Shown in pieces: positions 33,099-45,590 of a DNA stretch of 64,000 nucleotides. A program made the translations under genes and the position numbers. The stretch is from Escherichia phage BF17. The stretch is taken from the sequence record MW822008.1, one strand, 5' to 3'. Within the stretch, counting starts at the first letter, position 1; every line of letters begins with the position of its first letter. Below the pieces are notes generated by a model, which was not told the DNA's origin, searched no databases, and saw only the letters and a list, made by a program, of their open reading frames with translations.

Positions 33099-33671
33099 AT
33101 GGCTGGTGTTGATAAAATTTGTGAATTCAGTGGCGATTATGAAGGTTACGAAATGTACAAGTCCAAGCGTAATCACATTCAAGTTCTGTCAAAGTACCGT
33201 AAAGAATTCCGAGGACACAAAGCAACATTGTATGTTTTTGAGAATGGATATTCTGAAGTTTTCACAAGTGGTGGGTATAGTACAGCTAACATGGCACATA
33301 TCAACCCAAACCCAACTGAAGATGATTGGAATAGTGGTAACGCTTTTCGTATTTCAATTTTGAATAAAATGAATCGTTACGACCGTTATTGTACATTCTT
33401 TGAAAATATTTCAGAATACAAGCAAGCATTAAAGAAATATAATCAACGCTTACTAATGAATTATGATTACATTCTTCATGTTCCTACTGTTCCAGGTCAG
33501 GTTAATGGTCTGTATACGAACAGTACACATGATTTAACTGCGGTGAAGCGTCGCCTCAAACGTATGTTGGGTTGTGGTAATTTAACAATCAAGGTTATGC
33601 GTAATGAATCAATGTATAACTTTTTAAATGTACTACACTACACATTGAAGGATAATAATGGAAACGATTAA
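33099..33671 (+). CDS. hypothetical protein
   Basis: ATG 33099 preferred; ORF-track ATG 33084 sits inside the likely RBS (tgagga). Confidence 0.5.
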   Translation: MAGVDKICEFSGDYEGYEMYKSKRNHIQVLSKYRKEFRGHKATLYVFENGYSEVFTSGGYSTANMAHINPNPTEDDWNSGNAFRISILNKMNRYDRYCTFFENISEYKQALKKYNQRLLMNYDYILHVPTVPGQVNGLYTNSTHDLTAVKRRLKRMLGCGNLTIKVMRNESMYNFLNVLHYTLKDNNGND

Positions 33672-33855
33672 GTTTATGTTTGAGGTGTTTGTTGCATTCA
33701 TCTTATGTGCTGTATCTATTGCTATTGCTTTAATCCCAGTAATCGTTTACCAAGTTAATGGTGGTACAGACCCAACAGTTGATCTGTTTCTTCGTTGCGT
33801 GGGATTCTGCATATGGTTGGCGATGTTTATGTACTATATGCATCGTGAGGATTGA
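33658..33855 (+). CDS. small membrane protein
   Basis: Two hydrophobic helices. Confidence 0.5.
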   Translation: METIKFMFEVFVAFILCAVSIAIALIPVIVYQVNGGTDPTVDLFLRCVGFCIWLAMFMYYMHRED

Positions 33856-34688
33856 TTATGTCATTGGAAAAAGTAATTATTTCTGAATTCCGAAAGTACA
33901 TCATTGATTGTGATAGAGATATACAGCGTAAGTTCAATGAGTATCTTGACAAATATCCATATTTGATGTTTAATCCATTTGAAACTCAATCCGATGTTAA
34001 TCTTGGATTTTACATTGGGTTTACACAACGAATTCTACAACAATATGAGATGAAACAGCCAGAGGTTTGGGTAGAAACTGATTCGAATGAGACGAATGTT
34101 TTTTATCTGTACTCTTATTATGCTGAAATTGTTAGTTCAATGACGCTAGAAGGGTATCTATTCGTCAAAACATCTGATATTGAAAAAATATACATAGAAC
34201 CTGTATCTTTGGATATGGTTGCCCAGCTTCCAACAGTCCAATATTTGGATGCAAATGAGTTGACATATTCGGTGTTTGAGTACCTTAACCGAGACGATTT
34301 AACTCAAGAAATTGAGAATATGGTTTCAAAATATACCACAACTCTTATATCTAATGGTTCACTTAGAATAGAACTGATTTACGACGATACTAGTACTAAT
34401 GCAGTACGAGGAACTCGAATTGGAAAAGTTACTATACGTGTTGTCCACAATGATGTAGTACTTGGTTATATTTCGAAACGTGGTCATGACTTGTGTTTGA
34501 TTAACACATATGTTATTGAACGAAAAGAATGGAACGATTTAATGCAAAAAATCGTAGACGGAAGTGGAATTCGTGATATAATGTGTAATGAGGTAGTGAC
34601 GATGAATCCTGACATTGACTGTGATGTATATTTCCCAGTTCCTGGATTTACTCTACGTAATTTTGGTACATTAAAGGGTACAAAATGA
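33852..34688 (+). CDS. hypothetical protein
   Basis: ORF track; ATGA overlap. Confidence 0.55.
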   Translation: MIMSLEKVIISEFRKYIIDCDRDIQRKFNEYLDKYPYLMFNPFETQSDVNLGFYIGFTQRILQQYEMKQPEVWVETDSNETNVFYLYSYYAEIVSSMTLEGYLFVKTSDIEKIYIEPVSLDMVAQLPTVQYLDANELTYSVFEYLNRDDLTQEIENMVSKYTTTLISNGSLRIELIYDDTSTNAVRGTRIGKVTIRVVHNDVVLGYISKRGHDLCLINTYVIERKEWNDLMQKIVDGSGIRDIMCNEVVTMNPDIDCDVYFPVPGFTLRNFGTLKGTK

Positions 34689-34975
34689 AAATTTTAGAAG
34701 TCTTACTTGAAAAGGATGCATCCGGCACTCTTTATGTTGGTAATGAGTTCAGTCCTGATCCAATTGATATGATGCAGCGTATTCAAACACTGACCCAATC
34801 AATTTCAGTTAAACAACCTTTCCTAAAAGAATTGGAAATTCACTGCGATAAAGATATGGAACAACATGATAATGTTATTTCTGATATCAAAAGTCTATTG
34901 ACAAAGAATGGATATGTGGAGTATAATCCTTCTATCGTAATCGTTATCCCTGACTTTATGAAAGGAACATTGTAA
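34685..34975 (+). CDS. hypothetical protein
   Basis: ORF track. Confidence 0.5.
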   Translation: MKILEVLLEKDASGTLYVGNEFSPDPIDMMQRIQTLTQSISVKQPFLKELEIHCDKDMEQHDNVISDIKSLLTKNGYVEYNPSIVIVIPDFMKGTL

Positions 34976-35244
34976 TGACTAAAGAAGAAATGAAATCTCG
35001 CCTAAGCGAACTTAAGAAAGAACGAAAACTAGTCCGTTTGGACTGGGACATTCTTAACAAAAAAGATGAGCAATCATATGCTAACTGGAGTTCCGATAAA
35101 GTTCGCAATGACCGTTCCAAAGAAGACGCTAAACAGTTTATGGCATTGACCAAACGTTTATCTTCACTGAATAGTGAAATTACAGGTCTTCAAAAGGAAA
35201 TTATTTCAATTCTTCAAGTGGAGATCAACTCACTGTATGAATAA
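34975..35244 (+). CDS. coiled-coil small protein
   Basis: ORF track. Confidence 0.5.
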   Translation: MTKEEMKSRLSELKKERKLVRLDWDILNKKDEQSYANWSSDKVRNDRSKEDAKQFMALTKRLSSLNSEITGLQKEIISILQVEINSLYE

Positions 35245-35530
35245 ACATGAAGTGATTCATTTTGATGGTAAGATTTATGTACCAAACAATGATAGTACTG
35301 AATCTTATTATCTAATCAATGCAATTATGTCAGAAACACAAACATGTTGCCGTCAGCGTCCAGGTGAGTATGAGTTCAGTCAGACCATTGGTTATTATCG
35401 TTATACTGAACTTGATAAATTTACAATCGATTCTAAAAAAGTTATTGACGTTCTCACGAAGAACGGATATAATGAATCCGAATCAAACGAAACAGAGTTA
35501 CCAGTCGTGAAATTTGTTCTAAAAAAATAA
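35237..35530 (+). CDS. hypothetical protein
   Basis: In-frame ATG 35237 overlapping upstream stop; ORF-track start 35174 rejected. Confidence 0.45.
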   Translation: MNKHEVIHFDGKIYVPNNDSTESYYLINAIMSETQTCCRQRPGEYEFSQTIGYYRYTELDKFTIDSKKVIDVLTKNGYNESESNETELPVVKFVLKK

Positions 35531-35651
35531 TTAATTTTTGGGACAACGCTGAAAAGCATGATATAATGTATATTATCGGCAGATGTAAAAATGCAAACCA
35601 TTCCTCAATGATGAGGGTTTTTCATAAAAAAGAAATAAAAGGGTATTAAAA

Positions 35652-35861
35652 ATGGCTAAAGAAACTAACGCACAAGTACTAGATATCACCGACTTCGACC
35701 GCACTGTGAACTACATTCAGTTCCAGATTCATCAAGCTGAAGAAGCTCTCGCAGTATTCCACGGTACTGGTGCAAGGCCAATCCGTTTTGCTCATCTAAT
35801 TGCATGGAAGAAAAGTCTACAAGAAGAACTTTCTGAACTGCGTAAAGCAAACCGTAAGTAA
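35652..35861 (+). CDS. hypothetical small protein
   Basis: ORF track. Confidence 0.5.
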   Translation: MAKETNAQVLDITDFDRTVNYIQFQIHQAEEALAVFHGTGARPIRFAHLIAWKKSLQEELSELRKANRK

Positions 35862-35868
35862 TTGATTT

Positions 35869-35899
35869 CCCGCCTCATCAATGTTGATGGGGCTTTTTT
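35869..35899 (+). terminator. rho-independent terminator
   Basis: cccgcctcatcaatgttgatggggc plus TTTTTT. Confidence 0.6.
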
Positions 35900-35926
35900 A
35901 ATAAAATACAAACTGAGGATATATTA

Positions 35927-36433
35927 ATGAGTGTTGAATATTGGTTTTTGTTTATATGTCTTGGTACACTAGTACTGATTACATTGGGCTTAATCTTCAA
36001 TACGGTAATCAGTGGTAGTAATTACTTCAAGTCCTTTCAACTTCTAATGTCAGCTATGCAGTACAGTGACGAGGCAGAAGAAACCACTACGTTGATTTTG
36101 AATAAACTTGAAGCTAACTTACTGGTTGCTAAAATTTCTTCGTGTAATACAAATATTGTATTTTATGCATCACCCGTGGACATTAATGGGTACGAAATGA
36201 GTTACCAGCCAGCCGTTGCTGAAATTTTTATTGGTTCTAAGTATTATGCATATGGATATATCCGAAAGTATTATACTGAAGCAAAAGCCGAGCTAACAAA
36301 GAAACGACCGTCAATTAAGACATTAAAGCGTATCATCGCACTAGAAAAGAAACTACGAGGTGATGTGACAAAAAATGATTCACCCACTGTAGTAAATACA
36401 AAGAAAAAAAATAACGTAGTGGAGTTGGATTAA
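35927..36433 (+). CDS. membrane-anchored hypothetical protein
   Basis: N-terminal TM helix; RBS gagga. Confidence 0.55.
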   Translation: MSVEYWFLFICLGTLVLITLGLIFNTVISGSNYFKSFQLLMSAMQYSDEAEETTTLILNKLEANLLVAKISSCNTNIVFYASPVDINGYEMSYQPAVAEIFIGSKYYAYGYIRKYYTEAKAELTKKRPSIKTLKRIIALEKKLRGDVTKNDSPTVVNTKKKNNVVELD

Positions 36434-36738
36434 TGGACGCAGATAAATCAAACAGTATTCTTATTGATGTACAAACGAAGTTATTAGATGTTATGGAAAT
36501 CATCAAAGATTTACCACAAGGATATCAGTTTAAAGTTCGTGAAATGTTATCTTGTGCAGAAACGGTTGTGTCTATGTACAATGATGTGCAGCATGGAATT
36601 ATCCCTGAAATTCTTCAAGATGGTCTAAATATTAACACAAAGATTCCAGCACAAGAGCCTGAAGAGGTTGTTCAGCCTGAACCAGAACCTCCTATACGTA
36701 AAGTACTGGATCTGTCTGGCATCAAAATTAACATCTAA
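36433..36738 (+). CDS. hypothetical protein
   Basis: ORF track. Confidence 0.5.
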   Translation: MDADKSNSILIDVQTKLLDVMEIIKDLPQGYQFKVREMLSCAETVVSMYNDVQHGIIPEILQDGLNINTKIPAQEPEEVVQPEPEPPIRKVLDLSGIKINI

Positions 36739-36760
36739 AATACATTCAATAGGAGAAGTA

Positions 36761-36910
36761 ATGAGTAATCAAAAAATCGACTTAGTAGTAAAACTTCAAG
36801 AGATTCAAGCACTAGCTAAAGAACTTGATGAAAAACGTGCAGCAGCAGTTGATTCACTGTGTGCAACAATTCTGACTGTTTTTGCAGATTACGAAAAGAA
36901 ATCTGATTAA
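36761..36910 (+). CDS. small hypothetical protein (49 aa)
   Basis: ATG 36761 with RBS aggag; ORF-track 36668 start overlaps upstream gene. Confidence 0.4.
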   Translation: MSNQKIDLVVKLQEIQALAKELDEKRAAAVDSLCATILTVFADYEKKSD

Positions 36911-36921
36911 ACATTACTTTA

Positions 36922-36949
36922 TACCCAGTCTAGTACTGGGTATTTTTTT
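36922..36949 (+). terminator. rho-independent terminator
   Basis: tacccagtctagtactgggta plus TTTTTTT. Confidence 0.7.
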
Positions 36950-36960
36950 AAGGAAATAAA

Positions 36961-37353
36961 ATGACTGAATCAGAACTACATGAAATGATAGATTTCATTT
37001 ATGAAATGATACAAGATAAAAATAACATCAATACAATTATTTCTGGTCCAAGACAAATTGGTAATCAAATGACATATTCTTTATCTTTATGGATAAAACA
37101 GAACTACAAAGTTGATTGTTTGTATTTCCGTCCTGATATTGATGCTTATTATTTTGTCAATCATGATGCATTAATGAAACCAAATAAGCGTCCAGTTGAT
37201 GATACCTTTGTGACACACCCATTTTACCTGGCTGATTCCGAAGAAGATGAGTTTCAAAAGAACACAACGTTAAGCCCAGGTGAAATTTGCATCCCTTACA
37301 CACTAAAAGATAAAATGATTTACATCACAGAAGTTATGAAAACATGCTGGTAA
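36961..37353 (+). CDS. family-A paralog (divergent)
   Basis: SEEDEFQKNTTLS. Confidence 0.5.
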   Translation: MTESELHEMIDFIYEMIQDKNNINTIISGPRQIGNQMTYSLSLWIKQNYKVDCLYFRPDIDAYYFVNHDALMKPNKRPVDDTFVTHPFYLADSEEDEFQKNTTLSPGEICIPYTLKDKMIYITEVMKTCW

Positions 37354-37401
37354 GTGCAATGAAACTCTGATATAATACAAATAATGATAATAGGAGGATA
37401 T

Positions 37402-37620
37402 ATGAAATTTATTAATTTTGATATTTCTAAGGTCAAAGAATTATTTGTAAGAAATGCAGTTTATGATATCATGTTACATAACGGTACTGTACAAGAAGAT
37501 GTTGTATTGTTTTCGTTTGATGGTGAAAATCTCGAAACTATATATAAATTCAGCAACTTAGATGGTGACTTTTGGGAAACCAGTGCTGTTAAAATGTATA
37601 GAATTAAAAAGGAGCATTAA
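37402..37620 (+). CDS. hypothetical small protein
   Basis: ATG 37402 with RBS aggagg. Confidence 0.5.
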   Translation: MKFINFDISKVKELFVRNAVYDIMLHNGTVQEDVVLFSFDGENLETIYKFSNLDGDFWETSAVKMYRIKKEH

Positions 37621-37621
37621 T

Positions 37622-38110
37622 ATGCCAATTCGTGGTGTACCAGAACCATTAATGGAAGTTATTAAGCATGTTCGCATTGGAGATCGAGAAGTTAATCTTC
37701 GCCGTAATAACATTTTTTACTTTAAAACTTCAGAAATGAGTTCTGTACAGATTGTCATTGGTACATCTATTAAGATTACTCGTGTACTTGATGGTAGTAC
37801 TGACTTCGTTGAATATAATGTACTTACTAATAAAGTAACGCATATATATAAATGGAGTGGGTATAAAACTATTAAGTATGAATTTGACTTAGCTAGAACT
37901 GAAGAAGAACGATTTATGCTGAGTACTATCAATCCAGCAAACTATCCTGACCTTGATGCATTTTTGCTAATTTTAAAATTGTATAATGAAGCAAATCAGA
38001 AAGCCAAAGATTATGATAGAATCATGTATGAACGCCGAAAAGAACGTGCACAAAAAAGTTATGATCTGTATGATAGCCCATACGTGAAATATAGTAAGGG
38101 GTCGAAATGA
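37622..38110 (+). CDS. family-A paralog
   Basis: TEEERFMLSTINP; ATG 37622 with RBS aaggag preferred over 37562. Confidence 0.55.
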   Translation: MPIRGVPEPLMEVIKHVRIGDREVNLRRNNIFYFKTSEMSSVQIVIGTSIKITRVLDGSTDFVEYNVLTNKVTHIYKWSGYKTIKYEFDLARTEEERFMLSTINPANYPDLDAFLLILKLYNEANQKAKDYDRIMYERRKERAQKSYDLYDSPYVKYSKGSK

Positions 38111-38511
38111 ATAAAGAAGTTCAAATTATCATAACTCCACCTATACAAAGTCTGGATGTATCCATTAGTGATTTTTTGGAAAAATACTATGAATGGTTTA
38201 ATGAAGATTCAGTAATTTATAACCATTCATTACCTGATGGTTTCGTTGAGCTTATTGAATTAAATGCCAAATCACTATACTTCTGTGTTGAATACAATGA
38301 TTATATGACAGATGAAGCATATCGTTTTCGTTGTACATTGTATCCTAACCATTTTTCCATTGGTTATAAAGACTATCAGTACTGCACCACAAACTATAGT
38401 GTAGAGGAAGAATTTCAGTACAATTTACTTTATCCTGATTTAGATTATACGATTGCAGTACTGTTGACTAAAATCATGGATTTTTATAAAGATAAATATA
38501 ATGCAGCCTAA
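38107..38511 (+). CDS. family-A paralog (divergent)
   Basis: VEEEFQYNLLYPD. Confidence 0.5.
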   Translation: MNKEVQIIITPPIQSLDVSISDFLEKYYEWFNEDSVIYNHSLPDGFVELIELNAKSLYFCVEYNDYMTDEAYRFRCTLYPNHFSIGYKDYQYCTTNYSVEEEFQYNLLYPDLDYTIAVLLTKIMDFYKDKYNAA

Positions 38512-38686
38512 GACATTTGATGAGTGGTTTAATCTACACTATAATATAAATGCAGCAGATATATACTATTTTAAGCTTGAATTGTATATATCATTGCGTA
38601 ACCCAATTGAGTACTATAACAACATTATCAATTGTGATGATTTTGGTACATATTTTAGTATAGCAGTCATGGACAAAATAAGATGA
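38501..38686 (+). CDS. hypothetical small protein
   Basis: ORF track. Confidence 0.4.
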   Translation: MQPKTFDEWFNLHYNINAADIYYFKLELYISLRNPIEYYNNIINCDDFGTYFSIAVMDKIR

Positions 38687-38853
38687 CACACAAAGAATGG
38701 TTAGATGAACTAAAATTTAAACATAATCCTTTTGGTTTTGGTATACGCCAAGGTCATTATGATGTGTTAAAAGATAAACAACTTTTCAAATCATTTGTAC
38801 TTGATGAGGATAGTAATCACTGGTACATCTATGAGCTTGCAATTAGGAAATAG
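38683..38853 (+). CDS. MTHEEWM mini-protein family member (56 aa)
   Basis: Own translation MTHKEWLDELKFKHNPFGFG..., similar to the 40188-40674 triplet. Confidence 0.5.
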   Translation: MTHKEWLDELKFKHNPFGFGIRQGHYDVLKDKQLFKSFVLDEDSNHWYIYELAIRK

Positions 38854-38863
38854 AAGATATAGT

Positions 38864-39213
<350 letters not shown>

Positions 39214-39226
39214 CGAGGAATCCAAA

Positions 39227-39424
39227 GTGACTAAAGCAGAACTTGTAGCATTATTGGAATCATATCCCGATGATGCATGTATTGAAGTTGTTCATAGTGC
39301 GAGACATTTTGACATTGAAGATGTAGTACGTTATAATGATAAAGGTGTACTCATCATGGAACTATGTATTGGTGAAATGAAAACTGTACCCGAATCAGAA
39401 AAACGTAAAAATAGTAAACCGTAA
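39227..39424 (+). CDS. hypothetical small protein (GTG start)
   Basis: ORF track; RBS gagga. Confidence 0.45.
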   Translation: MTKAELVALLESYPDDACIEVVHSARHFDIEDVVRYNDKGVLIMELCIGEMKTVPESEKRKNSKP

Positions 39425-39434
39425 GGAAAATAAA

Positions 39435-39653
39435 ATGGAATCTACTCTATTAGAAGTTATTAACTCATTAAACGCTGGCGACAATGTTCAAGTACTCCTT
39501 CAGGGATACCGTGTAAAAGGTTCAGTAGTTTTAGTTAATGATACCACTGTTGTTGTAACTGAAACTAACCCGTTTGACAGTAATGAACTTGCTAATATCC
39601 ATATTGATATTAAAAGTATTATTGGTGTTGGTGTAACTAAACCACAAGAATAA
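39435..39653 (+). CDS. hypothetical small protein
   Basis: ORF track; RBS aaggaaaa. Confidence 0.5.
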   Translation: MESTLLEVINSLNAGDNVQVLLQGYRVKGSVVLVNDTTVVVTETNPFDSNELANIHIDIKSIIGVGVTKPQE

Positions 39654-39674
39654 CAATTGTTATTGGGGATTACT

Positions 39675-39947
39675 ATGCATTTTGAAAAATTCAATACAAA
39701 TCGTAACACACGCATTGACGTTCTTTATGAAACACAAGACTCAATAAGCATTCGTACACGTAGTGGTGATGTATATCATGACTGTACTATTGGTTGGGAA
39801 CAGGGAAGAACACGTAGTGCAGAATTCGATAACTATCGCTTCTACCAAGGGGACACCACAATCTGGCCTGAAGACGTAGAAGATATTGCGTTTGAAGATG
39901 AACATAAAGATGAATTTATAAAATTTAATCCCAAAACCGAATCATAA
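39675..39947 (+). CDS. hypothetical small protein
   Basis: ATG 39675 preferred over ORF-track 39657. Confidence 0.45.
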   Translation: MHFEKFNTNRNTRIDVLYETQDSISIRTRSGDVYHDCTIGWEQGRTRSAEFDNYRFYQGDTTIWPEDVEDIAFEDEHKDEFIKFNPKTES

Positions 39948-39964
39948 ATATTGGAACAGACTAT

Positions 39965-40080
<116 letters not shown>

Positions 40081-40084
40081 AAAT

Positions 40085-40170
<86 letters not shown>

Positions 40171-40187
40171 CAATTAAAGGTTAAACC

Positions 40188-40348
<161 letters not shown>

Positions 40349-40352
<4 letters not shown>

Positions 40353-40509
40353 CACATGAAGAATGGATGAATGACATTAATTTTAGATATTCGGGTATCG
40401 GTAAATGGCTAAAGTATCATTGGGAATTCATTTCAGAGCCACATCTGTATGATAAACTTATCAACGATCCAGCATATGAAATGTACTTAATTGAACTACT
40501 GGTACGAAT

Positions 40510-40513
<4 letters not shown>
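40349..40513 (+). CDS. MTHEEWM mini-protein, copy 2 (54 aa)
   Basis: Own translation MTHEEWMNDINFRYSGIGKWLKYHWEFISEPHLYDKLINDPAYEMYLIELLVRI; ATGA overlaps. Confidence 0.55.
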
Positions 40514-40681
<168 letters not shown>

Positions 40682-40682
40682 G

Positions 40683-41136
<454 letters not shown>

Positions 41137-41164
41137 GTATCTTAACAACAGAAGGTATATTGAA

Positions 41165-41404
41165 ATGGGTAAGTATTTTGTGAGTTATAGTTATAATGTA
41201 TCACGAAAGATTCCACGTGGTGACGGAATGGGATGGTCTTATGATGCATATACTTTAAATGAGTCATGTATCATCGAATTACAAGAAAAAGACCTTGACA
41301 TTTTAAAAATCAAACAATATATTCTTGATGTTGAATTGGCACATCGTACTGATACCTATCCAGATGTAAACAACATCAGCATCTTAGTACTAACCAAAGT
41401 ATAA
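41165..41404 (+). CDS. hypothetical small protein
   Basis: ATG 41165 downstream of promoter; ORF-track 41135 start lies in promoter. Confidence 0.45.
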   Translation: MGKYFVSYSYNVSRKIPRGDGMGWSYDAYTLNESCIIELQEKDLDILKIKQYILDVELAHRTDTYPDVNNISILVLTKV

Positions 41405-41483
41405 GATAAAAAGAACTTTACTAAATAATTCCACTGGAGATTAATATGTTTAAAGATGAACGTCCAGATTTGTAAAAAGTACT

Positions 41484-41511
41484 TGAATAAATAATTCAGT
41501 ACTGATATAAT
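41484..41511 (+). promoter_or_regulatory. early promoter with CAGTACTG, heading an ORF-poor region
   Basis: ttgaat 41484-41489, cagtactg, extended -10 tgatataat 41503-41511. Confidence 0.5.
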
Positions 41512-41519
41512 GAATTCCA

Positions 41520-41870
41520 CAATCAGACGTATATGGTGTAAGTTACGTCGATGTAATCCAGAACAAGATCTCTGGTACTCTAGGAAGTGGTGAATGTTAA
41601 CCTAGACGGGTTTGATAATTGGACGATAGGCAATTATTACTTGACTAGCAGGTTTAAACTAGAGGTGACCGTCCTTCACCAAACTGGAAAACCGGATGGA
41701 CTTTTATTTAAAAGGGTAAGGCGTGGAAATATGTTTACAGAAGTTGCTTTTAGTAGCCTGTACGCCCCACGTCAAGGTAGTCGAAAGGTAAGTTAAAACG
41801 GGTGGTTATAAAGCTGAATTAACAGCGGCGTTTAAAAGCGTCACCATCCATTTTTTTTTAATTAAAGTTG
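41520..41870 (+). ncRNA. candidate structured non-coding RNA (unclassified)
   Basis: About 350 nt after a promoter with no ATG-initiated ORF of 60 aa or more and no RBS; ends near a T8 run. Confidence 0.3.
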
Positions 41871-41875
41871 GTGAT

Positions 41876-42685
<810 letters not shown>

Positions 42686-42709
42686 ACGAAATTACAATAG
42701 GAAATTAAA

Positions 42710-42895
42710 ATGCAACTTTTAATTCTTTCAATATTGTATATTATTATAATGGTTCCGATATCAATACGTTTAATTACAGTTGAACGATTTTTATCGAAAC
42801 ATGGAAATAGATCTATGATCTTTGTACCAATCGGGTTGATATTGTTTGGTATATTTTCATTTATAATGGGAATTAACGCTACATTCATTTCATAG
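42710..42895 (+). CDS. small membrane protein
   Basis: Two TM helices; RBS aggaaa. Confidence 0.45.
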   Translation: MQLLILSILYIIIMVPISIRLITVERFLSKHGNRSMIFVPIGLILFGIFSFIMGINATFIS

Positions 42896-42904
42896 GAAAC
42901 AAAT

Positions 42905-43435
<531 letters not shown>

Positions 43436-43480
43436 GATTCCCGATTCAGTAGCTTATAAAGCAGTTCCGTGTGTGCCTAT

Positions 43481-43533
<53 letters not shown>

Positions 43534-43534
43534 T

Positions 43535-43572
<38 letters not shown>

Positions 43573-43591
43573 AGAGGTACTTCGAGTATGC

Positions 43592-43658
<67 letters not shown>

Positions 43659-43733
43659 TAATTGACATATCATTGAATGGGGTGTATTATGGTTCAAGAA
43701 GAAAACTGGGGTTTTTAACCTAACGAGGTCATT

Positions 43734-43876
<143 letters not shown>

Positions 43877-43917
43877 AATGCGAAAGAGTATAGAGACTTG
43901 TTGGTTATCTTACTTCT

Positions 43918-44000
<83 letters not shown>

Positions 44001-44003
44001 TCA

Positions 44004-44076
<73 letters not shown>

Positions 44077-44093
44077 CAAAATAAAGGTACACT

Positions 44094-44510
44094 ATGAAAT
44101 ACAACATTGTCAAAATGGTGAACTACGTATTAAAAAACAACGCATGGTCACTGCATGATGTACAATTAGAAGATATTGGTGAAGTTAGAGTTTTTTGCTA
44201 TGATGGCGATTTGAACGAAACCACTGATTTGAGTAAATGTTTTAATATTTTTCTTGGTTATGAAATCAATAATCATTTTTATTCATTTGATGTGTATTTT
44301 GAACGAGTTAAAATCAGAATTGCTAATGTAAATAGTGATTATTATGACACTAGAATTGAATTGAATTTTGACGATATTGATACTGAAGAAAAATTCTTTC
44401 AGTACTGTCTCGTAAACGATCCAAATGGATTGACATTTGAGGACATTAAAGCTATACTTATAGTTCAAAGATTAATTCCAGAAGAGGTTATAAATCCCTT
44501 TAATGACTAG
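44094..44510 (+). CDS. family-A paralog
   Basis: TEEKFFQYCLVND. Confidence 0.6.
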   Translation: MKYNIVKMVNYVLKNNAWSLHDVQLEDIGEVRVFCYDGDLNETTDLSKCFNIFLGYEINNHFYSFDVYFERVKIRIANVNSDYYDTRIELNFDDIDTEEKFFQYCLVNDPNGLTFEDIKAILIVQRLIPEEVINPFND

Positions 44511-44862
44511 TTTAATAACTCGTATAATGCAAGATGTTCGTAAGAATCTTAATACTGGTAATTTTGATGATCCTAACATAAAAATATTATGTTATGATGG
44601 ATTCACCCTAGTACATCCATCAGAATCTAATAATTTATACATAGTATATACTTCTCCTAATCTTTTGTATCGATTTGATTTATATACTACAATGGCTAAG
44701 ATAACATTAGGTGTTTCTAAGGAGCCAATTTTTATAGCAGTACGTGATTTTGAGTACACAGAAGAGTCATTATTCCAGTACTCAATGGTAAATGACATTG
44801 GTGACTTGACATTAGAAGAGATAAATGTTATAGTTGGTATGTGTCGTTTGATTAATCCATAA
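44503..44862 (+). CDS. family-A paralog
   Basis: TEESLFQYSMVND. Confidence 0.6.
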   Translation: MTSLITRIMQDVRKNLNTGNFDDPNIKILCYDGFTLVHPSESNNLYIVYTSPNLLYRFDLYTTMAKITLGVSKEPIFIAVRDFEYTEESLFQYSMVNDIGDLTLEEINVIVGMCRLINP

Positions 44863-44875
44863 CTCGGAGCTTAAT

Positions 44876-45067
44876 ATGTTTTTGAATTTGTTATGCTTAT
44901 TTGGTCGTACATTGGTTCTTGCTATTATTCATACACCTGGTATTCGTAATTATGTTTCTTATGAATTTAAGAAAAATTACCACAACAATACTGAAGTTCG
45001 TGCAACTAAGATGTGCAAAGACTTCAATGGAGATGTTCCACCATTCAAGAAGTACGAGGATGAATAA
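44876..45067 (+). CDS. hypothetical small protein
   Basis: ORF track; RBS ggagc. Confidence 0.45.
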   Translation: MFLNLLCLFGRTLVLAIIHTPGIRNYVSYEFKKNYHNNTEVRATKMCKDFNGDVPPFKKYEDE

Positions 45068-45351
45068 TGGAATTTATTGTTGCACCTGATGAACTAAAAA
45101 CATTCACGTTCCGAGACAATAACAATTATCCTTATACAAATCATTCATTGAATTCATTGCATGTTATTTCAATCATTGCATCTGAATACAGAGACAATCC
45201 ATGTATTGATTTTAAAACCACTGATGGTGAATATACATGGGTAGTTCCGAACGATAAATACAGTTATCAGGGTGCAGTAGAGATCCGCGACTCGATTCTA
45301 AAGCAAATCGAAGATGGACATACTCATCCTAAACTAAACATTCAGTACTGA
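45067..45351 (+). CDS. hypothetical protein
   Basis: ORF track. Confidence 0.5.
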   Translation: MEFIVAPDELKTFTFRDNNNYPYTNHSLNSLHVISIIASEYRDNPCIDFKTTDGEYTWVVPNDKYSYQGAVEIRDSILKQIEDGHTHPKLNIQY

Positions 45352-45542
45352 AATCGTTTAACCGGATAGCTTCTAGTCGGTACTGAATTCCTCCTTTTGT
45401 CTAGAAGCTATCACTCTTTTAAAGTATAATGATATCACCCTCATGGTTCATTATATTCGTTACCCTCTAACAGTATCTTTTTATTCCTCTTTGATACTGT
45501 ATTTTAGAAGTTGACATTTTTACTTCTACTGTGTTATACTTA

Positions 45543-45573
45543 AGGCTGATTCATTATGAATCGGCCTTTTTTC
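45543..45573 (+). terminator. rho-independent terminator
   Basis: aggctgattcattatgaatcggcct plus TTTTTT. Confidence 0.65.
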
Positions 45574-45590
45574 TTGTGGGGATTAATGTA

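Noticed and set aside
41587-41796. 69-aa ORF inside the candidate ncRNA region
   Set aside because: GTG start, no RBS, atypical composition; treated as non-coding.
45531-45590. ORF-track start 45531 for the 45531..46007 gene
   Set aside because: A strong terminator hairpin with T-run (45543-45573) lies inside this extension; the ATG at 45591 is the more likely start.
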